Made by a program: the position numbers and the translations under genes
DNA from: Bdellovibrionales bacterium
GTDB lineage: Bacteria; Bdellovibrionota; Bdellovibrionia; Bdellovibrionales; JAUICD01
Length of the DNA stretch: 64,000 nucleotides
Reading direction: 5' to 3'
Assembly (NCBI GenBank): GCA_965197425.1
Contig: CBDANC010000012.1
Coordinates: 1-64,000, forward strand
Shown here: in pieces, positions 58,824 through 64,000 of the stretch
How positions within the stretch are numbered: the first letter of the stretch is position 1
Layout: each line of letters starts with the position of its first letter
The notes under the pieces: generated by a model
Told to the model about the DNA's origin: nothing
Databases searched by the model: none
What the model saw: only the letters and a program-made list of their open reading frames with translations

Positions 58824-60793
58824 AATTTGAACTTCAAACCAGCTTCAAACCATCTGGAGATCAACCTAGCAGCATTAAATCTATTACAGAAAATATAAAA
58901 AAAGGTATTAAACGACAAACTCTATTAGGAGTTACTGGATCTGGTAAAACATTTACCATGGCTCATGTGATCAAAAACTTAAAAGTCCCAACACTTATCC
59001 TAGCACATAACAAAACTCTAGCTGCCCAACTCTTTGGAGAATTTAAAGAACTTTTTCCAAATAATGCAGTTGAATACTTCGTAAGCTACTATGATTACTA
59101 TCAACCAGAAGCCTATCTACCGTCTACAGATACTTTTATAGAAAAAGACTCTGCTATAAATGATCGAATTGACAGAATGAGGCATTCTGCAACACGATCT
59201 TTATTGGATAGAAAAGATGTAATTATAGTAAGTAGTGTGTCTTGTATATATGGTTTGGGAAGCCCAGATGATTATAATAAATTAAGAATTACATTGAATG
59301 TAAATCAACACATTACAAGGGAACACCTATTAAGAGAATTAGTGAAAATACTATATAATAGAAATGACACTGATTTTAGTAGAGGCACATTTAGAGTAAG
59401 AGGTGATGTAATAGATATATATCCCCCATATGAAGAACACATGGCCTTAAGAGTTGAATTGTTTGGAAATTATATTGAAACAATATCCTGGATAGATCCC
59501 ATAAAATCAATACAATTACAAGCATGTGATAAAGTGTCTATTTATCCAGGAAGTCATCATGTACATTCAAGAGAAAGACAACAAATTGCAATCGACAGTA
59601 TAAGAGATGAACTCTGCTCACAACTTAGTCGTTTAAAAAATGATATTAGGCTGCTAGAGGCTAAAAGATTGGAGCAAAGAACAGAATATGACATGGAAAT
59701 GATCGAAGAAATGGGCTTTTGCCATGGAATTGAAAATTACTCTAGACACTTTACGGGAAAAAAACCAGGAGAACCTCCCCCTACCCTGCTAGACTATTTT
59801 CCTAAAAACTTTTTATGCATAATGGATGAAAGTCATGTAACAGTTCCACAACTAGGTGGTATGTATCGCAGTGACAGATCTAGAAAACTAACTCTGGTTG
59901 AACATGGGTTTAGACTTCCCTCAGCTTTAGATAATAGACCCTTAAATTTTGAAGAGTTAAATAAACTTTTAGATAAAGTACTTTATGTTTCAGCTACCCC
60001 TGGGGAATATGAAATCAAAGACTCAAATGGATTAATTACAGAACAAATTATAAGACCAACTGGACTTTTGGACCCTGTAGTTGAAATACAACCTGCCACT
60101 TTTCAAGTAGACCATCTATTAGAAGAAATAAAAAAAAGAGTTGCACTAAAAGAAAGAATCCTAGTAACAACCCTTACCAAAAAAAGTGCTGAAGACTTAA
60201 CAGAGTACTATGAAAAAATGGGTATTAAGGTAAAATATCTACATAGTGATATTAAAACCATTGAAAGAAGCGATATTTTAAAAAACTTACGGTTGGGAGT
60301 CTTCGACTGCCTTATTGGCATAAACCTTCTTAGAGAAGGTTTAGACTTACCTGAAGTGTCAATGGTAGCTATTTTTGATGCTGACAGGGAAGGGTTTTTA
60401 CGATCCGAAAAATCACTAATTCAAACTATAGGCAGAGCCGCAAGACATATTAATGGAAAAGTCATTTTATATGCTGATGATATGACTGGCTCAATTAAAA
60501 GTGCAGTTAGAGAAACTAATAGAAGGAGGAAAATACAAGAAGAATATAATAAAATTCACTCAATCACACCCACCGGAATAAAAAAAGAAATCCAAAGAAG
60601 TTTACAAGATCTTTATGCTAGTCCTAATATTACAAAAACAGAAGAAAAATTAAAGCCAGAGAATATCGAAAAACAGATTAAAAAATTAAAAAATCAAATG
60701 AAAAAGCTAGTAATAAACCTAGAATTTGAAGAAGCGGCTACTATTAGAGATAAAATAAAACAGTTAGAGTTTTTAGACTTAGAATTAAGATAA
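58805..60793 (+). CDS. uvrB: Excinuclease ABC subunit B
   Basis: GVTGSGKT, YYDYYQPEAY, DESH, QTIGRAAR. Confidence 0.97.
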   Translation: MGSEKVKFELQTSFKPSGDQPSSIKSITENIKKGIKRQTLLGVTGSGKTFTMAHVIKNLKVPTLILAHNKTLAAQLFGEFKELFPNNAVEYFVSYYDYYQPEAYLPSTDTFIEKDSAINDRIDRMRHSATRSLLDRKDVIIVSSVSCIYGLGSPDDYNKLRITLNVNQHITREHLLRELVKILYNRNDTDFSRGTFRVRGDVIDIYPPYEEHMALRVELFGNYIETISWIDPIKSIQLQACDKVSIYPGSHHVHSRERQQIAIDSIRDELCSQLSRLKNDIRLLEAKRLEQRTEYDMEMIEEMGFCHGIENYSRHFTGKKPGEPPPTLLDYFPKNFLCIMDESHVTVPQLGGMYRSDRSRKLTLVEHGFRLPSALDNRPLNFEELNKLLDKVLYVSATPGEYEIKDSNGLITEQIIRPTGLLDPVVEIQPATFQVDHLLEEIKKRVALKERILVTTLTKKSAEDLTEYYEKMGIKVKYLHSDIKTIERSDILKNLRLGVFDCLIGINLLREGLDLPEVSMVAIFDADREGFLRSEKSLIQTIGRAARHINGKVILYADDMTGSIKSAVRETNRRRKIQEEYNKIHSITPTGIKKEIQRSLQDLYASPNITKTEEKLKPENIEKQIKKLKNQMKKLVINLEFEEAATIRDKIKQLEFLDLELR

Positions 60794-62632
60794 ATGAAAC
60801 TACAAAAACTTTTAGAATCCTCAGCAAGAATGCCCTCTCTACCAGGGGTATATATTATGAAAAATACACAGGATAATATTATATATATAGGAAAATCTAA
60901 AAATCTAAAAAAAAGAGTAAAGACTTATTTTTCAAAATCACCCAAAAACATTTTTATCATGTCTCAAACACACACTATATCTTATCTACTCGCAAACACA
61001 GAGGTAGATGCATTACTATTAGAAGCATCTTTGATCAAAAAACATAAACCAAAGTATAATGTAAGACTTAAAGACGATAAAGCATATCCTTATATAAAAA
61101 TTAGTACGCAACATACGTTTCCAAAAGCATCCTTGGTGAGAAGAGTACTAAATGATGGAAACCTCTATTTTGGACCCTATACAAGTCGTTTTGTGGTAAA
61201 CGAAACAATTAGTTTTCTAAATAAAAATTTTAATATTAGAGATTGTACTGATTCTGATTTTAAGATTAGAAAAAAACCATGTCTTACATATCAAATGGGA
61301 TACTGTAAAGCACCATGTGTAAAAAAAATCTCACAAGAAGAATATAATATTGACATAAAAAAAGCTTTAGATTTTTTAAAAGGCAAAAACAAAAGGTTAG
61401 TTGTTAAAATAAAACAACAAATGGAGAAAGCTGCAAAAAAAGAGCAATTTGAAACTGCGTCTAAAATACGAGATAACTTATTTGCAATAAAAAAGCTACT
61501 TAAAAGCCAGCCAATAATCAGTGGGAATGCAAAAATTGATACGGATGTTGTGGGATACTTTAGCTCTGAACAAGGCATTATGATAAGCACATTGCACATA
61601 AGAAAAGGAAGAAAAGTTGGAAATAGAAATTTCTTCCTCTCTCACCTAGATTATAATATTGAACTACAGGATGAACCTAGAACATGGCTTGTTTCGTTTT
61701 TAAATCAATATTATATTGAAAATGTAGTTCCAGATGAAATTTTAATACCAATTAACCTAAGCTTAGATCTCATTAAACTTTTAGTAGCCGCTTTTGAAGA
61801 AAGATCTCATAAAAAAAGCCAAATAAGATTCCCGACAGATTCTGAAGGTAGCAAATTAATACAAATGGCTCTTTTGCATGCTCATGATAAATTCAAAGAA
61901 TATGTCTCCAAGTCAGATAAAAAACTAAATGCTTTAAAAGATATACAAAAAAGATTCAAGTTAAAGACCCTGCCTAAAAGAATAGAATGCTTTGATATAT
62001 CAACCTTAAGTGGAGAAGAGACTGTAGCAAGTCAAATCGTGTTTTCCAATGGAATACCGGATAAGGAATTTTATAGAAGGTATAAAATTAAAGACTCTAA
62101 GCTGTCAGACTATGATGCTATTAAAGAAGTTCTAACCAGAAGATTTAAACATAAAGAATATGAAAATCCAGATTTAATTCTAATTGATGGAGGAAAAGGA
62201 CAGTTAAATTGTGGAATTACTGTTCTAAAAGAACTAAAATTAAAAATACCAATAGCAAGCATTGCTAAATCTAGAACAACAAGCAATTTTTTAAAAAAAG
62301 ATATCCAAATTTCAGAAGAAAGGTTTTTCCTTCCAGGAAGAAAAAATCCTATAACATTTAAAACTAATCAAGAAAGCTTTAAAATGTTAACTAACTTAAG
62401 AGATGAAGCGCATAGATTTGCAATTACATATCATAGAAAGCTTAGAGAAAACACTAGTCTAGAAAGTAGACTTGATACAATAGGAATATCTTCTAACAAA
62501 AAAATATTACTCTTAAGGCATTTTGATTCTATAGATGATCTAAAAAAGGCATCTGTAGATGAAATATCTAATATAAATGGCATCGGAAAGAAAATGGCTT
62601 TAAAAATTCAATCTGAACTAAAGAATATATAA
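60794..62632 (+). CDS. uvrC: Excinuclease ABC subunit C
   Basis: GIY-YIG (GVY...YIGK), RIECFDIS, LIDGGKGQ, RDEAHRFA, HhH tail. Confidence 0.96.
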   Translation: MKLQKLLESSARMPSLPGVYIMKNTQDNIIYIGKSKNLKKRVKTYFSKSPKNIFIMSQTHTISYLLANTEVDALLLEASLIKKHKPKYNVRLKDDKAYPYIKISTQHTFPKASLVRRVLNDGNLYFGPYTSRFVVNETISFLNKNFNIRDCTDSDFKIRKKPCLTYQMGYCKAPCVKKISQEEYNIDIKKALDFLKGKNKRLVVKIKQQMEKAAKKEQFETASKIRDNLFAIKKLLKSQPIISGNAKIDTDVVGYFSSEQGIMISTLHIRKGRKVGNRNFFLSHLDYNIELQDEPRTWLVSFLNQYYIENVVPDEILIPINLSLDLIKLLVAAFEERSHKKSQIRFPTDSEGSKLIQMALLHAHDKFKEYVSKSDKKLNALKDIQKRFKLKTLPKRIECFDISTLSGEETVASQIVFSNGIPDKEFYRRYKIKDSKLSDYDAIKEVLTRRFKHKEYENPDLILIDGGKGQLNCGITVLKELKLKIPIASIAKSRTTSNFLKKDIQISEERFFLPGRKNPITFKTNQESFKMLTNLRDEAHRFAITYHRKLRENTSLESRLDTIGISSNKKILLLRHFDSIDDLKKASVDEISNINGIGKKMALKIQSELKNI

Positions 62633-62637
62633 TCTTG

Positions 62638-64000
62638 CTAGTGTTGGCTTACAGCTACCATTTTAGATATGCCCTTATCTTCCATAGTCACGCCATATAA
62701 CCTATCGCTAAACTCCATAGTTTGTTTGTTGTGAGTTACCATTATAATTTGAGACATCTTAGACATCTCTCTTACTAATTCATTAAACCTTACAACATTG
62801 GCATCATCCAAAGGTGCATCTACCTCATCTAACAAACAAAATGGAGAAGACTTAACCAAAAATACGGAAAAAATCAATGCAGTAGCAGTAAGGGCTTTTT
62901 CTCCCCCAGAAAGCAAGTTGACATTTTGAAGTTTTCGGCCAGGAGGTGACACACTAATATCAATGCCCATTTCATATTTTGCTCTTTTAGGTTTTTCTCC
63001 TTCTTCTTGAGTTGGTTCAACTAATTCTATACTAGCTTCACCTCCACCAAATAGTATTGGAAACACCTGTTGAAATCGTTCATTAATAGCTTCAAATTTT
63101 TCTTTAAATCTTTTGGTACAAACTCTTCCTATTTTATCTATTACTTTTTTAAGCTCATCCTTAGAAGACAGTAAGTCATCCCTTTGCTCTACCAAGAAAT
63201 TATACCTCTTAAGAGTTTCTTCGTACTCATCAATAGCAGTTAAGTTTACATCACTTAACTTTTGAAGCTTTTTATTTAAAGATACTAGTTTTTCAGACAA
63301 TTCTTCTATGTCAATATCTTCATCATGTTCCTTTACATGTTCTGTAGATAAATCCAACATATGCCGTTCATAAACTTGCTCCGACAAGGATTCAATTTTA
63401 AGGTTAATTTGACTTTTTTCTAGTTGTACATTGTTTAATTTTTGATTTTTTTCTAAAAGCTCTTTATTCAATTGTGAAATTTCATCTGAATGACCATCAA
63501 TCTCACTTTTTAATGTTTCATAATTATTTATAATATGGCTTTTTTCTTGTGATAAATCATCCAAACGATCGATAAGCAAAGCTAGATTTTTCTTTTTTTC
63601 TAAAAGCTCTTTATTAGATCTTTCTATGAAACTAATGTTAGATTCATGCTTTTGATTAAGCCTATCTAAATCGTCAGAAATTTCCAAAATATTTTGTTTC
63701 AATATTTCAAGGTTATCTTCCTTGCCCTTCAATTGCTGAATTTTAGAAGCTAATACTGCCTTTAGCTCCATCATTTTAGCAAAAACACCATGTTCTTTTG
63801 ACTGATCACTAGATATACCACTTAAAAGATCCTGATAATCAAGGGTTTCTTTTTTATATATAGAGTTTATCGAATCTAAATTTTTACTCAACTCTGCTAT
63901 TTTGGTATCTAGATTAGATTTTTTGTCATAAAGTATATTGCTGTTAGTATCAATTTTCTTTAACTCATTTTCTATACTAGAAAGCTCCCTTTTAGAAAGT
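62638..64000 (-). CDS. smc: Chromosome segregation protein SMC, C-terminal part (truncated by window edge)
   Basis: Coiled coil, LLSGGEK signature, LLDEVDAPLD Walker B/D-loop; frame stays open to the window end. Confidence 0.93.
   Translation of the reverse strand, partial: LSKRELSSIENELKKIDTNSNILYDKKSNLDTKIAELSKNLDSINSIYKKETLDYQDLLSGISSDQSKEHGVFAKMMELKAVLASKIQQLKGKEDNLEILKQNILEISDDLDRLNQKHESNISFIERSNKELLEKKKNLALLIDRLDDLSQEKSHIINNYETLKSEIDGHSDEISQLNKELLEKNQKLNNVQLEKSQINLKIESLSEQVYERHMLDLSTEHVKEHDEDIDIEELSEKLVSLNKKLQKLSDVNLTAIDEYEETLKRYNFLVEQRDDLLSSKDELKKVIDKIGRVCTKRFKEKFEAINERFQQVFPILFGGGEASIELVEPTQEEGEKPKRAKYEMGIDISVSPPGRKLQNVNLLSGGEKALTATALIFSVFLVKSSPFCLLDEVDAPLDDANVVRFNELVREMSKMSQIIMVTHNKQTMEFSDRLYGVTMEDKGISKMVAVSQH

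Noticed and set aside
1873..61599. Numerous short antisense ORFs inside long genes
   Set aside because: Shadow frames of well-supported genes on the opposite strand

Overview
AT-rich bacterial chromosomal segment. Gene content (alternative complex III, system II cytochrome c maturation, CarD, Flp/Tad pilins, GYF_2 and several ankyrin proteins) suggests a Bdellovibrionota/Oligoflexia-like organism; this assignment is inference. Most genes are housekeeping: argS, uvrD/pcrA, gcvTH, folD, trxA, speE/speD, sodB, rsmI, gltX, cysS, uvrBC, smc and two tRNA-Leu genes. Accessory islets carry a serine recombinase, an orphan DNA methyltransferase, ankyrin proteins and a pair of paralogous secreted proteins. 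The main unexplained signal is a family of modular, hairpin-forming intergenic repeats at about 14 sites. They have two types of conserved end frames, interchangeable internal cargo modules, compensatory stem changes, recurrent C-GNA-G triloops and nested copies. A near-identical inverted pair of these brackets trxA-speE-speD-sodB. No cognate transposase or nuclease is visible in the window. Other points: a guaB/GMPR-family gene is frameshifted at a T7 tract, the AdoMet decarboxylase is eukaryote-type, sigma54-like promoters precede both the pilin cluster and comM, and two small genes are missing from the ORF track.
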